Shown here: positions 10,239-20,581 of the stretch, in pieces
Position numbering within the stretch: the stretch's first letter is position 1
How the letters are laid out: every line of letters starts with the position of its first letter
NCBI GenBank assembly: GCA_023150835.1
Contig: JAKLKB010000001.1
Location: forward strand, 124,001-181,133
Direction: 5' to 3'
Origin: Myxococcota bacterium
Lineage (GTDB): Bacteria > Myxococcota_C > UBA6777
Length of the DNA stretch: 57,133 nucleotides
Program-made: the position numbers and the translations under genes
The notes under the pieces: generated by a model
Database searches by the model: none
Told to the model about the DNA's origin: nothing
The model's input: the letters and a program-made list of their open reading frames with translations, nothing else

Positions 10239-11327
10239 ATGGACTTGTTTGTCTTGCCCATCTTTCGGAGACTTCGCTCTTTTTTACTGTGCCTGTGCGC
10301 CATCACGTTTCCTTCGGCGCTTTGTGCGCAAACCTCTCGTCCTCACGCCCTCAAAAAAACAAATCCGACCGATACGTCGCCTTCTTCCCTGACACACCGC
10401 CCTGCAACTTCTCGACCCACAACCTCTTCCCGTACGAAATTCTCCTCCACTTCGCAGCCTGTCACTGCCCCCGATATCGCGGCCCTTCTTCGCCGCGAGC
10501 TGCGGTATGACCTTCAAGCCGCTGCTTTTTTCCGCCCTTTGCCTTTTGCTCTTCCTCTCGAACCGTCCCATTTGACCTATACAAGGGCATTTATGATCGC
10601 CTCTTCCATGAAGCTGACCAAACAAGATCGAGACCTGCTCGCTTATCTTGAAAGACAAGCCCTGCGTGAATGGCAAGAAGGAACCATGCAGCGCAGCGAA
10701 GTTCGATACCGTATGCACCGCCATCTTCGTTTCTATGGACTCCCAAAATACCGACTGTTAGGCTTTTTGCGACTCAAACAACTCGAAGAAGCCCTTGAAC
10801 GCTTTCTTGCCCGAGGCGGCTCTCTGCTCAAACGGCCCCCCACCCACTCTCCCTCGTTTGCACAAACCCTCGAACTGGCCCGATATGCCGACAATTTCCC
10901 CACCCTTTTCTCGCGCCTCGGAGTCTCCGTAAGCGCCAAACAACTCTCCCCAGAGCAGCGTTATTGGATGCGTACTTTGTTCTTGGCGCGCTGGGCCAAT
11001 CAAGTGGTCGGTGTCTTCCCGCTACCCGTCTTAATGGGCGGGCCGATCTATGCAGACTATACACGCGCTCGCTTGATCTTTTCTGCTTCGGTTGAACGCC
11101 GGCTTTGGGCGGCTCGCGAACTCTTGAACATCGATCCCACCCTTGATTCCGCTCGAATCGTTGTCTGGTTGTGGATACAACTCGGCCAACCCCACACCGC
11201 TTTGCGTTATCTCCGAGAAACACTGCGCAAAGAACCGAACTACCGAAGCGCACAACAACTACTGCTCCTAATTACCCAAGAACCCCTGTTTTCTCCCCTT
11301 CCCCCCATCCCCCCCAAAAAACCTTGA
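10239..11327 (+). CDS. Hypothetical exported protein; Ser/Thr/Pro linker, C-terminal TPR-like helices
   Basis: 362-aa ORF with signal-like N-terminus; C-terminal LGQ...AL.YL...L..EP....A pattern resembles TPR. Confidence 0.6.
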   Translation: MDLFVLPIFRRLRSFLLCLCAITFPSALCAQTSRPHALKKTNPTDTSPSSLTHRPATSRPTTSSRTKFSSTSQPVTAPDIAALLRRELRYDLQAAAFFRPLPFALPLEPSHLTYTRAFMIASSMKLTKQDRDLLAYLERQALREWQEGTMQRSEVRYRMHRHLRFYGLPKYRLLGFLRLKQLEEALERFLARGGSLLKRPPTHSPSFAQTLELARYADNFPTLFSRLGVSVSAKQLSPEQRYWMRTLFLARWANQVVGVFPLPVLMGGPIYADYTRARLIFSASVERRLWAARELLNIDPTLDSARIVVWLWIQLGQPHTALRYLRETLRKEPNYRSAQQLLLLITQEPLFSPLPPIPPKKP

Positions 11328-11435
11328 GCGACTTGCCGATCTTGCACAGGCTCCCCTTCTGGGGCTAAGATGCCCTTCGCCGTTTGTACACGTCGGCCCC
11401 TTCGTCTTGTTTCACTTGTCGGGAGATGCGCCTTC

Positions 11436-13901
11436 ATGGATGGTTGTTTGCGACGGATCTTGGCTCTTCTTGTTCTTGGGCTGCTTCTTTCTTTCCCTTT
11501 GCCGGCCAACGCGGACGAACGCGTCAACCCCATCGAAGGGACCATCGACACAGGATCGGCTTATCCCCTTCTCACCAACGAGATCCCCGGTATGGTGATC
11601 GTTCTGACTCACCAACAGATCCAAGCACGCGGATACCGCTCGGTCTACGAGATATTGCGCGATCTGCCCGGTTTTTCTACTCGTGGCGGCTTTGGTCAAG
11701 GCTGGGTCAACTTGATCATGGACGGCGAACAGTCCCAAAACAACGAGAAGTTTATGCTCTTTGTGGATGGTGTTCTCGAACAAGATCTTTGGCGGCGCTC
11801 GATCTGGCTTTCTTACCAATACTCCACCTATTTCATTAAAAATATCACCGTATTCTACGGACCCGCCGCCACCCGCTTTGGTGCAAACGCCGTCTCTGGG
11901 GTCGTTTTTATCGATACCAAAAAAGCAGAAGATCTCGCCGATGGATACGGTGATCTCTCCTTTACCAAAGATATCCGCACCAATATGTGGGCTCTCGATC
12001 TCATGCTTGGCCACAGCTACAACAAGCGCAGCAACAAAAACCTCGCCAAAAACTTGTTCTCTTGGTACGTACGCGGTCGCCTTTATCTCAGCGACGCACG
12101 CGATGATGGCGCAAATCAACGATGGAGTCTCGATAACCCCGATATCCGAGGCTTTTTAGATCAACGCGCCGCACAATACCGACTCGATTATCAACGCGCC
12201 TTTCCTAGCTCCGAACAAAACAAGATCGATCAAGAAGTTGCAAACTACCGAAAACGCCTTGATTCGGCTTTTCGAGACGACCCCGCCAACAGCGGGCTGT
12301 ATGCCAATCCGACATACTCTGATCGAAATCAGACCTTTGTCGGGGAAGCAGGCTTGCGCTTTGACAACTGGTTCTTGCGCTTCTTTTTGTGGAGCATGGA
12401 CACAGGCGAAGGACTCCGTTATCCCGCCTACTTGCGCCAAGCCAACACCACATGGACTGTCCGCAACCTCGCCGTCTCGTTGCACCACCTCAAAAGCGAA
12501 CTCTGGTCTTCTGGCGTCGGTGAAAAGGCCCAAGTCATCTATCTCAATTTGAACTTGATCTACCGAAGACACGAGATCCCCACTTCTTCTTCTCGGGTGT
12601 TTTTTGACGGGCAACAACGCGTTTTTGTCAATCCCGAAAAACCTTGCACCGACCCCACCGGCAACAACCAGATCCCTTGCACTTGGACGGAGTTTGCTTG
12701 GCAGCCCCGCTATCACTACGTGATCTCGCAGTCATTCCAAGCACAACCCAAACTGGATTTTCAACTGCTCAACAGCCGCCTGCGTATGTCCGTTGGTTTT
12801 GATACCGCGATCGAACACATCCAAGGGGCCTACGTGATCTCTGATCGTCCCGATCCCGATCGCTTTGCCGCCGCCGTTCCCACAAGTACAGGCGCAGGAA
12901 ACCATTTTGAACACATCCGCTTTAGCGCCTTTTTACAAGCTGACGTCAACATCGTTAACTGGCTCAGCGCAAGCGTCGGTGTGCGCTCCGATTGGGATTG
13001 GGCGCGTGGCGATCTGGATATCGTTCCCAACTGCTATCGGCCTCTTTCCCCTTGCTATCGTTTCAGCGCACCGCTCGTCGGTCGGGCCTCTTTGATCGGA
13101 AAGTTTGGTGAATCTCTTCAGGCCCGCCTTTCCTATGGCTACGCCTTCCTCTCGCCCTCCAACTGGCAACTTTATGGCTCCAACGTCGCTCGTGCCCTCG
13201 ATGCTCGCGACCTCTTGCCGCAAGACAAGCACTCCGTTGAACTCAACGTCTACGCAGGACTTTTTTCAAAGTGGTATTTTACCGTCAGCGTCTTCCATCA
13301 CTGGCTTAACAACGTGGACGCCCTGATCTTTGTCCCCTTCCGACAAAATGAAGTCCGAAATATCAATATCGGAAATCAAATGACGCTCGGAGGCCGCCTC
13401 TACACCGTCTTAAAACTTGTGCCTTGGATGGATATCTCTGCTGCCCTTGCCGTTCTTTTCCCACGTCTTGATGTCCAAGGACTCCGCAGCGGTGCCGAAA
13501 ATCCCATCCTCCTTCAAGATATCCCCCTCCTTCAAGGCTCCCTGATCTTCGATTTCCGCTCTCACTCGCACGACCTCTCTCACTTCTTCGGAAGTATACG
13601 CCTCAACGTCCAGTCCACACGGCAAAACACGGGCTTCGATCAGGCCGAAAATGGCGAGATTACCGTCCAACGTGGCCCTCAAATCGATCCTTATTTTGTC
13701 CTTCACCTCTCCGCAGGCTACCTCTGGCGACCCCCCGAAAATTGGCCCATCAAAAAGCTCTCTCTCTCCGCTACCGCCGAAAATATCCTCAACTGGAACT
13801 ACAACGATATCGGATACCGTAGCGCACGAGAACCCAACTTTAGCTCTCTTGTCCCTATGCCCGGAATCAACGGATTTTTTAATCTCTCCGTCGGCTTTTA
13901 G
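11436..13901 (+). CDS. TonB-dependent outer-membrane receptor
   Basis: Signal peptide ending ANA; plug motifs (ILRDLPG; IKNITVFYGPAATRFGANAVSGVV); amphipathic beta strands; terminal Phe. Confidence 0.88.
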   Translation: MDGCLRRILALLVLGLLLSFPLPANADERVNPIEGTIDTGSAYPLLTNEIPGMVIVLTHQQIQARGYRSVYEILRDLPGFSTRGGFGQGWVNLIMDGEQSQNNEKFMLFVDGVLEQDLWRRSIWLSYQYSTYFIKNITVFYGPAATRFGANAVSGVVFIDTKKAEDLADGYGDLSFTKDIRTNMWALDLMLGHSYNKRSNKNLAKNLFSWYVRGRLYLSDARDDGANQRWSLDNPDIRGFLDQRAAQYRLDYQRAFPSSEQNKIDQEVANYRKRLDSAFRDDPANSGLYANPTYSDRNQTFVGEAGLRFDNWFLRFFLWSMDTGEGLRYPAYLRQANTTWTVRNLAVSLHHLKSELWSSGVGEKAQVIYLNLNLIYRRHEIPTSSSRVFFDGQQRVFVNPEKPCTDPTGNNQIPCTWTEFAWQPRYHYVISQSFQAQPKLDFQLLNSRLRMSVGFDTAIEHIQGAYVISDRPDPDRFAAAVPTSTGAGNHFEHIRFSAFLQADVNIVNWLSASVGVRSDWDWARGDLDIVPNCYRPLSPCYRFSAPLVGRASLIGKFGESLQARLSYGYAFLSPSNWQLYGSNVARALDARDLLPQDKHSVELNVYAGLFSKWYFTVSVFHHWLNNVDALIFVPFRQNEVRNINIGNQMTLGGRLYTVLKLVPWMDISAALAVLFPRLDVQGLRSGAENPILLQDIPLLQGSLIFDFRSHSHDLSHFFGSIRLNVQSTRQNTGFDQAENGEITVQRGPQIDPYFVLHLSAGYLWRPPENWPIKKLSLSATAENILNWNYNDIGYRSAREPNFSSLVPMPGINGFFNLSVGF

Positions 13902-13954
13902 CCCTTCCCTCCAAACGATCCCTCACCCAAAAAAACATCCCCCATCAAGGCTGC

Positions 13955-14419
13955 TCATCTCGAACGATCGGGCCTTGTACCGAGAACAACGTTGGGCGCG
14001 CCTTCGGCCTCCAGCCAAGAACGCACCCGCTCCACAAGATCGCCTTGAAGGATGATCATCGCGTCCTCCGCTCGTGCTCCGCATCCAATGGCTTTTCGCA
14101 TCTTTTGCGCGAGCGCTGCAAGAGAATCAGGCGGGGCTTCAATGCCACTCACGGTTGTGACGGTTTTTCCGCCGTGTCCTTTGCGTTCGTGCCGCACCAC
14201 GATCGAACGGCAACGCTGAAGAGGCGGAGGTTGCGCTTGTTTCGCAGCAGATGGAGACGGAGAAAGTGTCGGCTGTGGCGAGGCAGCAGGCATAGAGGGT
14301 TCCGAAGGGTTCGATGGAGCCGATGTTACGGCTTTTCGTAGCACATCGCCCAACGAAAGCCCAAAACTTGGAGATTCGTTTACGGTCGTCTTTGCAGGAT
14401 TCGATGATTTTTTTGCCAT
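13955..14419 (-). CDS. yciH: SUI1/eIF1-family translation factor (YciH) with Pro-rich N-extension
   Basis: RHERKGHGGKTVTTVSG...K..GCG...IILQGD. Confidence 0.88.
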   Translation of the reverse strand: MAKKSSNPAKTTVNESPSFGLSLGDVLRKAVTSAPSNPSEPSMPAASPQPTLSPSPSAAKQAQPPPLQRCRSIVVRHERKGHGGKTVTTVSGIEAPPDSLAALAQKMRKAIGCGARAEDAMIILQGDLVERVRSWLEAEGAPNVVLGTRPDRSR

Positions 14420-14487
14420 GATGGTGTCTTGTTTTTTTGCATCAAGAGGGAAAAACGTTTTTTTGCGTCGAAGTGGAAAACCACCTA

Positions 14488-16578
14488 CTAGCGGCCCAAA
14501 AAGAAGAAAGCACTCAAGGCGATCAAAATGCCCGCGATCCCCAACAGCAAGATCATCTTCGTTTTGAGGGCTTGGGCTTGAGCATCCGACAGCGCCGATG
14601 GATGGCTTTCTTGATCAGGCTCCGACGCTGCGCGGGTTGTTTGAGAAGCCTTTCGCGATTCTACCGAAGCCATCGGCGTTGCAGACAAACCAACCAAAGG
14701 CCCGGGTTGTTGCGCAATGATGGGGTTTTCATCGGTGTTTTCATTCGTCCACGCAGCAGCGGGAGATTTGTCCGCAGAAGGCTGAGACCACGCAGCAGCG
14801 GGAGATTTGTCCGAAGAAGGCTGTGGCCACGCAGCAGCGGGGGATTTCTCCAATGAAGGCTGTGACCACGCAGCAGCGGGGGATTTCTCCAATGAAGGCT
14901 GAGACCACGCAGCAGCGGGAGATTTGTCCGAAGAAGGCTGTGGCCACGCAGCAGCGGGAGTTTGTGCTGAGGATTGTTGTAACCACGCAGCAGCGGGGGA
15001 TTTCTCCGAAGAGGACTGTAACCACGCAGCAACGGGGGTTGCGATGGTGTCGTTTTGATCACCTTCGTCGAGATAGAGCAACGGCGAGTCTTCGGCTGGA
15101 GAGACCTGCGAGGATGGCTTGGAAAAGGGCGGTGGTGGCGGTTCTTTGGGCGACGGAGGCGATGTTGCAGAGAGAGCGGCTGTCGCAGAAAAAACGGGCT
15201 TGTTTCCCGAAGGGCTAGGGGGCGGGAGGGGTGGTGTTTTTTTGGCGGACGGCGGGTGCGGTGGAGCAGGAGCTTTGGGTAAAGATGGAGCAGGAGCTTT
15301 GGGTAAAGATGGAGCAGGAGCTTTGGGTAAAGATGGAGCAGGAGCTTTGGGTAAAGATGGAGCAGGAGCTTTGGGCGGAGATGGGCGGGGTTGGGCCGCG
15401 TTCGACAATCCAGCTTTGGAGGAACGCATGGTAGGAAGGCCCAATTGAGAGGGCATCGGTTGAAGTGCTTGATCGATTAAGGACGCCCCAAGGGTGTCTA
15501 GATCGTCGGGGAGTTCGATCTCACCGAATTCATGGGTTAAGTCGAGGGTTTCACCATGTGGGTTGGCGATGGTTGGATCGCGCTGCAACTCGCGCAGTAG
15601 ATGGTAGAGCATATCCCCAAGGACAAGCACGTCAGAAGGCCGCTGGTTGGGGTCAGGCTGCAAGCATGCTGTCACGATATCGCGCAACCCTCCCACAAGG
15701 AGGTTATCGTCGGCGGCTTGCTCCAATCCGGGGGGATATTCCCAATCGCGCAACGCGAGGTCTTCGAACGTTTTTGTCTCAAACGGCGGATAACCCGTGA
15801 TCATCATAAACATGATCACGCCGAGCGAGTAGATATCCGCCCGATGATCGAGCTTTGCAGCGACTTCTCGATCGTAGCTTTGTGTCGCATGAGAGTACCC
15901 CACCTGCTCAGGAGCGAGAAAGTCCAGATGCCCAAAAGCCAAGTGATCACCCGTTTGAAACAGTTTGCGGCGGCTGTAGAGGTTGCGTGCGATCCCAAAG
16001 TCGATCAACTTGACGAAGTCATCGCTCCCATCAAAGCGCACAATAAAGATGTTGTCTGCGTTTAAGTCCCGATGCACCACCCCAAGACCGTGCGCAACGC
16101 CGATCCCTTCGTTGATTTGAGCCATCAGCTTTAATGCGCGGATCGGGTCCATCGGTTGGCCCCATCCGTCGATCTGGGACAACGGTTGGCCATCAAGGAA
16201 TTCCATCGGATAATACAGGCCAATGCGCGGATCTTCTGCAAAATGATCGTACACACGCACAACATGTTTGCTGCGGCTCGATGCTTTTTCGAGAAGCGTA
16301 AATTCCCGCTCAATCCGTGCGCGTTCTTCTTCGCGAGCCTCGGTCGGATCGAGCTTTCGCATCTCTTCAAGTGCTTGCGCCCAACGGCTGATCTTGATGA
16401 CGCACAAAGTTCCGTCGTCTCGCTTGATGGCGCGATAGATCAAACCCATCCCGCCAGCCCCCAACTCTCCGAGTAGTTCGTAGCGTTCGTGAAGGATCAA
16501 TCCTGCGTACGGATCTTGTCCGCAATCACAAGAGGAGCGAAGATCGGATAGATTTTTTTTGCATCGCACGCACTTCAA
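14488..16578 (-). CDS. Membrane-anchored Hanks-type Ser/Thr kinase with N-terminal zinc ribbon, long Pro-rich repeat region and C-terminal TM helix
   Basis: TTG start after AAGGAG; CxxC..CxC; LGAGGMG, VIK, HRDLNADN, DFG, APE, DIYSLG; hydrophobic C-terminus. Confidence 0.9.
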   Translation of the reverse strand: MKCVRCKKNLSDLRSSCDCGQDPYAGLILHERYELLGELGAGGMGLIYRAIKRDDGTLCVIKISRWAQALEEMRKLDPTEAREEERARIEREFTLLEKASSRSKHVVRVYDHFAEDPRIGLYYPMEFLDGQPLSQIDGWGQPMDPIRALKLMAQINEGIGVAHGLGVVHRDLNADNIFIVRFDGSDDFVKLIDFGIARNLYSRRKLFQTGDHLAFGHLDFLAPEQVGYSHATQSYDREVAAKLDHRADIYSLGVIMFMMITGYPPFETKTFEDLALRDWEYPPGLEQAADDNLLVGGLRDIVTACLQPDPNQRPSDVLVLGDMLYHLLRELQRDPTIANPHGETLDLTHEFGEIELPDDLDTLGASLIDQALQPMPSQLGLPTMRSSKAGLSNAAQPRPSPPKAPAPSLPKAPAPSLPKAPAPSLPKAPAPSLPKAPAPPHPPSAKKTPPLPPPSPSGNKPVFSATAALSATSPPSPKEPPPPPFSKPSSQVSPAEDSPLLYLDEGDQNDTIATPVAAWLQSSSEKSPAAAWLQQSSAQTPAAAWPQPSSDKSPAAAWSQPSLEKSPAAAWSQPSLEKSPAAAWPQPSSDKSPAAAWSQPSADKSPAAAWTNENTDENPIIAQQPGPLVGLSATPMASVESRKASQTTRAASEPDQESHPSALSDAQAQALKTKMILLLGIAGILIALSAFFFLGR
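14745..15035 (-). repeat. Coding tandem repeat, about 7 x 39 bp (SPAAAW-x-QPS-x-D/EK) in the kinase
   Basis: Repeated CCACGCAGCAGCGGG core. Confidence 0.9.
15262..15376 (-). repeat. Coding tandem repeat, 4-5 x 24 bp (APAPSLPK) in the kinase
   Basis: GGAGCAGGAGCTTTGGGTAAAGAT repeated. Confidence 0.9.
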
Positions 16579-16779
16579 ATTCTGGCTCCTTCGTCTGGGG
16601 GGCCGAGAGTCTCTTGCATTGTCCGTCTCTTGATACGCATCTGCGGTCTTTGACGCAAGGGGCCATCCCTCCAACCCAATGCACCCACAACGCACGTGGT
16701 GAGATCGCTCACTCTCCCCCATCTATCGGAAGACAGCGACCTATCGTACTGCTCGGGATATCGGTCGCGGATATCGCGC

Positions 16780-17646
16780 TTAATCTCCCCAATCTGTCGG
16801 AAGATAGCGTCTGCGCTCTGCGCCTTGAGAAAAGCGTTGTTCTTGGTAGGCGGGGCAGTGTTGTTTGTAGTCGCAAAAACGACAAGCAGGAGAAAGCCGA
16901 GGGACAAACTCTGTACAGGCTTCGATCTCTTCGATGCGTTGGATCAAAGAGCGCTCCAAGGCTGCGAGTGCGTGCTGTGGAAGCGTCGGGTTGAGTTCGC
17001 GCTGGCTTGCAAGATAAAACCACAAGACCTCGATGTGATGAGCGTCTACAAATGTATGTTGAACGGCAAGCTGATACACGCCGGGTTGGATATCGCTTTG
17101 GAGCTTGTGATAGGAGGGGACATACTTGGCTGTTTTGTAATCGTGGATGATATACGTCCCGTCGATATGGCGCGACAATCGGTCGAGTTTGCCGCGCATT
17201 CGGTAGATCCTCTGCTCTCCTTGGAGGGTGATCTGAAACTTCCATTCGAGTCCGATCAGAGCGATCTCGGGCGTGTGGAACGGATAGAAATACGTGTAAT
17301 AACGGCGCAGGCATTTTTCACCAAATCGGCGGTGCCACTCCCGACCATTCGGGCTTTGGGACATCTCGATCTGGTTGCTCCACAAAAGCTCCCATTGACG
17401 CCAATAATAGCCCAACAGGTCGCTGATCGAGGGCAGTTGCCCCGCATCAAGCAGCTTATGGAGATGTTCTAAGGCATCATGCACACGACAACCCACGTAG
17501 GATTCGATGTGTTGCGTCTCCGTCTTGATGCGGTCGATGTGCTGGAATTGGTAGCGCTTGGGGCAAAGCTCATAGAGCTTGAGCTGTGATACAGAATACA
17601 CGCGCTCGGCTGTTGCGAGGGAAGGTGAGAATGGGGGCGTTTGCAA
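16780..17646 (-). CDS. RecB-like PD-(D/E)xK nuclease with Fe-S-staple Cys pattern
   Basis: S.SQL..Y..CPKRY; G..VH..LE; GKLDRL; DYKT; Q...Y; C-terminal CRFC.....C. Confidence 0.85.
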   Translation of the reverse strand: MQTPPFSPSLATAERVYSVSQLKLYELCPKRYQFQHIDRIKTETQHIESYVGCRVHDALEHLHKLLDAGQLPSISDLLGYYWRQWELLWSNQIEMSQSPNGREWHRRFGEKCLRRYYTYFYPFHTPEIALIGLEWKFQITLQGEQRIYRMRGKLDRLSRHIDGTYIIHDYKTAKYVPSYHKLQSDIQPGVYQLAVQHTFVDAHHIEVLWFYLASQRELNPTLPQHALAALERSLIQRIEEIEACTEFVPRLSPACRFCDYKQHCPAYQEQRFSQGAERRRYLPTDWGD

Positions 17647-17937
17647 GGCGATCTCCTCATTTTTCCTCAGCCTACGCCATCCAACCCCACGCTGTCAATT
17701 GCGAATCTTCTCGCTGCGGTCGCCCTTTGTGGAGCCGTCTTTTTGAGTATAGAGGTCTGCGCAAACACCGAGGCGGGCGTTGTAGTGAGCCTACATGTGT
17801 TGCGACCGTGTACAATTTGGGGCGGCTCTCAGGTAGAGCGGTAGCGTGTAGCGTCTTGCTTTCGCTTGTGAATGCGCCTAGTATGCCTGTATTGCTGCCC
17901 GTAGCCATAGGGCTCAAGCCCAGAGGAGTATCGATCG

Positions 17938-18585
17938 ATGAACCAACGCAAGTCTTTTCAGCGTATCTTGTCCTTGTTTGTCTTGTGTGGCGTGCTTTTT
18001 CCGTTGTTGACTGCTGCGCAGTGTTTGCAAAATGCCAATATCCCTTTCCCGATCAAACGCGACTTTGAATTCACGGTGGATATCGACCAAGCCGCCGCAC
18101 AAAGCCTCGGCAAAAGCGGAGTGCAAAAAACTCCCGAAGGCAAGATCCCACAAGGCGCACCCGATGTCCCCGTTCCTGTCGACATCGAACAACTGGTCGA
18201 TATCTCGGATGACCTCAACGTGCAAAAGTACGGAAGCGCCCTCAAGCACGTCAAAGTCAACTCTGTCAAGGTGACGGCCCTCGAAAACACCGTCAATGTG
18301 GCCCTTCCTGCACTCACCTTGAAGATGTCCGAGAAAGACAAATCCAACGAGCAAGAAGTCGGTAGCCTGCGCTCGATCAATCCGGGGGAAACAGGCGCGA
18401 TCGACGATATGATCAAAACCGAAGCCCAAAAAGACGCCGCAGGCCGCTACATCGTCAAGTTCGCGTTCAACATCAAAGCCCTCTCCCAATACGTCCTCAA
18501 AGCAGGGATGGAAGTCCCCAAAGGCAAGATCAAACTCAAGATCTCGATCGACGTTGTGCTTTCCCTCAATCCCTTCTCCAAATAA
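17938..18585 (+). CDS. Putative lipoprotein, paralog of 20582-21247
   Basis: GAGGAG RBS; basic then hydrophobic leader ending LTAAQC; beta-rich mature region. Confidence 0.75.
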   Translation: MNQRKSFQRILSLFVLCGVLFPLLTAAQCLQNANIPFPIKRDFEFTVDIDQAAAQSLGKSGVQKTPEGKIPQGAPDVPVPVDIEQLVDISDDLNVQKYGSALKHVKVNSVKVTALENTVNVALPALTLKMSEKDKSNEQEVGSLRSINPGETGAIDDMIKTEAQKDAAGRYIVKFAFNIKALSQYVLKAGMEVPKGKIKLKISIDVVLSLNPFSK

Positions 18586-18595
18586 GCGCGACACA

Positions 18596-20290
18596 GTGGA
18601 CAGAAAAAAACCTTCTCGATGGAGCACCTGTTGCGCACAAGTGGCTGCGTTTGTCCGCAAAGAAGGGCTGTTTTTTACGGGGGATCGCGTTTTGGTCGGT
18701 GTTTCGGGGGGGATCGATTCGGTCTTTTTATGGGAAGTGCTTTGTGCTCTCGGTGAGACCTTGGGGATCGAAGAGATCATCGCGGTGTACGTCGATCATG
18801 GCTTGCGCCCCGACCAAACACAGGCAGAGGCTGCTTGGGTGCGCGCATTGGCCGCCCGATCCGGGCGGATGGCGATCGCCGCAGCGTTGGAGCTTTCGGT
18901 GCAAGGGGCCTCACTTCAAGAACGCGCACGCGAGGCTCGGTTGGCGTGTTTGGAGCGCCTCGCCACCGAACACCATTGCACACGCATCGCACTCGGCCAC
19001 CATCGCGACGATCAAGCCGAAACGTTGTTGCAGCGCTTTTTGCGCGGTACGGGGCCTCGTGGATTGGCCGGGATCTGGCCGATCCGTGATCGATGGGTGC
19101 GCCCGCTCTTGTGCCTCTCTCGCTCCGAGATCCAAGCTGTTTTCGACGAGCAGTCTTGGACATGGTGTGAAGATCCAACCAACCTCAAAACAGATTATCA
19201 ACGCAATCAGATCCGTCACTTACTGCTTCCGTTGCTTGAACACACCTATAATCCACAGTTGCGAACGCATCTTGCGCATCTTGCATGGCGCACTCGGCAA
19301 GACGAGGTGTTTTTTGCCGAACAGATCGAGTCTCTGTGGAAAGCGCCTTTGTGTGTGGCAAGCGGAGGGATCCTTTGTTTGTCGTTGGCCTCCCTACGGC
19401 CTCTTGCGCCATCCTTGCTGTGGCGCTGTTTGCAACGGGCGATCTGGGAGGTGTACGAGGCAACCCTCCCCGAAGAACAGATCGAACATCTCGCTTTGAT
19501 CGTCGCAGGACAACACGAAGCAAAGAAAGCCTCGCTGCCTGCGCCTTTTTGCGTGATCCGTACCTTCGCGTCTTTGTGGTTCCTACCCCCCCACGCCTTT
19601 CCATCACAGGATGAAACCACGCAGCGCATCGAGATCTCTAAAATGTCCATCCCATCGCAGGTTCGTACGCCTTGGGGTGGGCTTTTTTTGAGCGATGCGA
19701 GTGAGCCGTTTTGTGGGGCTTTGCCCCATACCCCACAAGGGAGCGCGGCTCCCTTGACCCCGTATTGGCGGAACGAGCAAAGGTTTTTCCACCCAACAGC
19801 ACTGCCGCTTGAAGCATCGCGAACACGGGATCTTTCTCTACCACATGAGTCTTCTCCCTGCAAACAGCAGGCGAGTTCTGAGCGACTGCAGGCGGATTCT
19901 CAGCCAAAACAGGTGGATTGCGAAGGATGGTCTGTGCTGATCCCTCGTTTGGAGTTCGGCGATCGGGGAGCGTGCCTTCGGACCCGTCGTGTCGGCGATA
20001 TCGTTCGTTTGAAGGCGGGGCATCGCTCGCTCAAGCGCTGGTTGGTTGATCAACACGTCCCTGTTTTTTTGCGTGATATCTGGCCTGTTCTTGCGTACGA
20101 GCAGAGCGTCGTCTGGTTGCCGAGCATCGCGCAGCCGCTGGAGACGGAGAGTCAGCCCTGCCTTCGGTTGACTTTGCAGCCCGCCCCTTGGCTGGTTTCG
20201 TTGCAGCATCTTTTCTTTGCAGAAGAAGAGCGGCAGATTGTCGAGTTCTGTTGGCCGTCTTTGTCAGACGTTCGCCCGAAGATGTTGTAG
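18596..20290 (+). CDS. tilS: tRNA(Ile)-lysidine synthetase
   Basis: PP-loop SGGIDS, VDHGLR, HHRDDQAET, RPLL, EDPTN, RNQIR; C-terminal TilS_C-like LK...VP...R...P; start approximate. Confidence 0.93.
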   Translation: MDRKKPSRWSTCCAQVAAFVRKEGLFFTGDRVLVGVSGGIDSVFLWEVLCALGETLGIEEIIAVYVDHGLRPDQTQAEAAWVRALAARSGRMAIAAALELSVQGASLQERAREARLACLERLATEHHCTRIALGHHRDDQAETLLQRFLRGTGPRGLAGIWPIRDRWVRPLLCLSRSEIQAVFDEQSWTWCEDPTNLKTDYQRNQIRHLLLPLLEHTYNPQLRTHLAHLAWRTRQDEVFFAEQIESLWKAPLCVASGGILCLSLASLRPLAPSLLWRCLQRAIWEVYEATLPEEQIEHLALIVAGQHEAKKASLPAPFCVIRTFASLWFLPPHAFPSQDETTQRIEISKMSIPSQVRTPWGGLFLSDASEPFCGALPHTPQGSAAPLTPYWRNEQRFFHPTALPLEASRTRDLSLPHESSPCKQQASSERLQADSQPKQVDCEGWSVLIPRLEFGDRGACLRTRRVGDIVRLKAGHRSLKRWLVDQHVPVFLRDIWPVLAYEQSVVWLPSIAQPLETESQPCLRLTLQPAPWLVSLQHLFFAEEERQIVEFCWPSLSDVRPKML

Positions 20291-20312
20291 AGCGTCGTTT
20301 GGGTCGATGCCC

Positions 20313-20558
20313 TCGGTGGTATCGTGGTTTGGGATGTAGGTTTGATCGCTTCGGTGGCATCGTGGTTTGGGATGTAGGTTTGATCGCTTCGGTGGCATCG
20401 TGATTTGGGATGTAGGTTTGATCGCTTCGGTGGCATCGTGGTTTGGGAGCTTGATATGATCGCTTCGGTGGTATCGTGGTTTGGGATGTAGGTTTGATCG
20501 CTTCGGTGGCATCGTGGTTTGGGATGTAGGTTTGATCGCTTCGGTGGTATCGTGGTTT
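20313..20558. repeat. Intergenic tandem repeat, about 6.5 x 38 bp
   Basis: TCGGTGG(T/C)ATCGTGGTTTGGGATGTAGGTTTGATCGCT at 20313, 20351, ... 20541. Confidence 0.95.
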
Positions 20559-20581
20559 CGGTGGATGGAAGGAAAAAGCAG

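Noticed and set aside
20313-20558. CRISPR or guide array near a Cas4-like nuclease
   Set aside because: Head-to-tail near-identical 38-bp units without spacers; the nuclease is 2.7 kb away with no cas1/cas2
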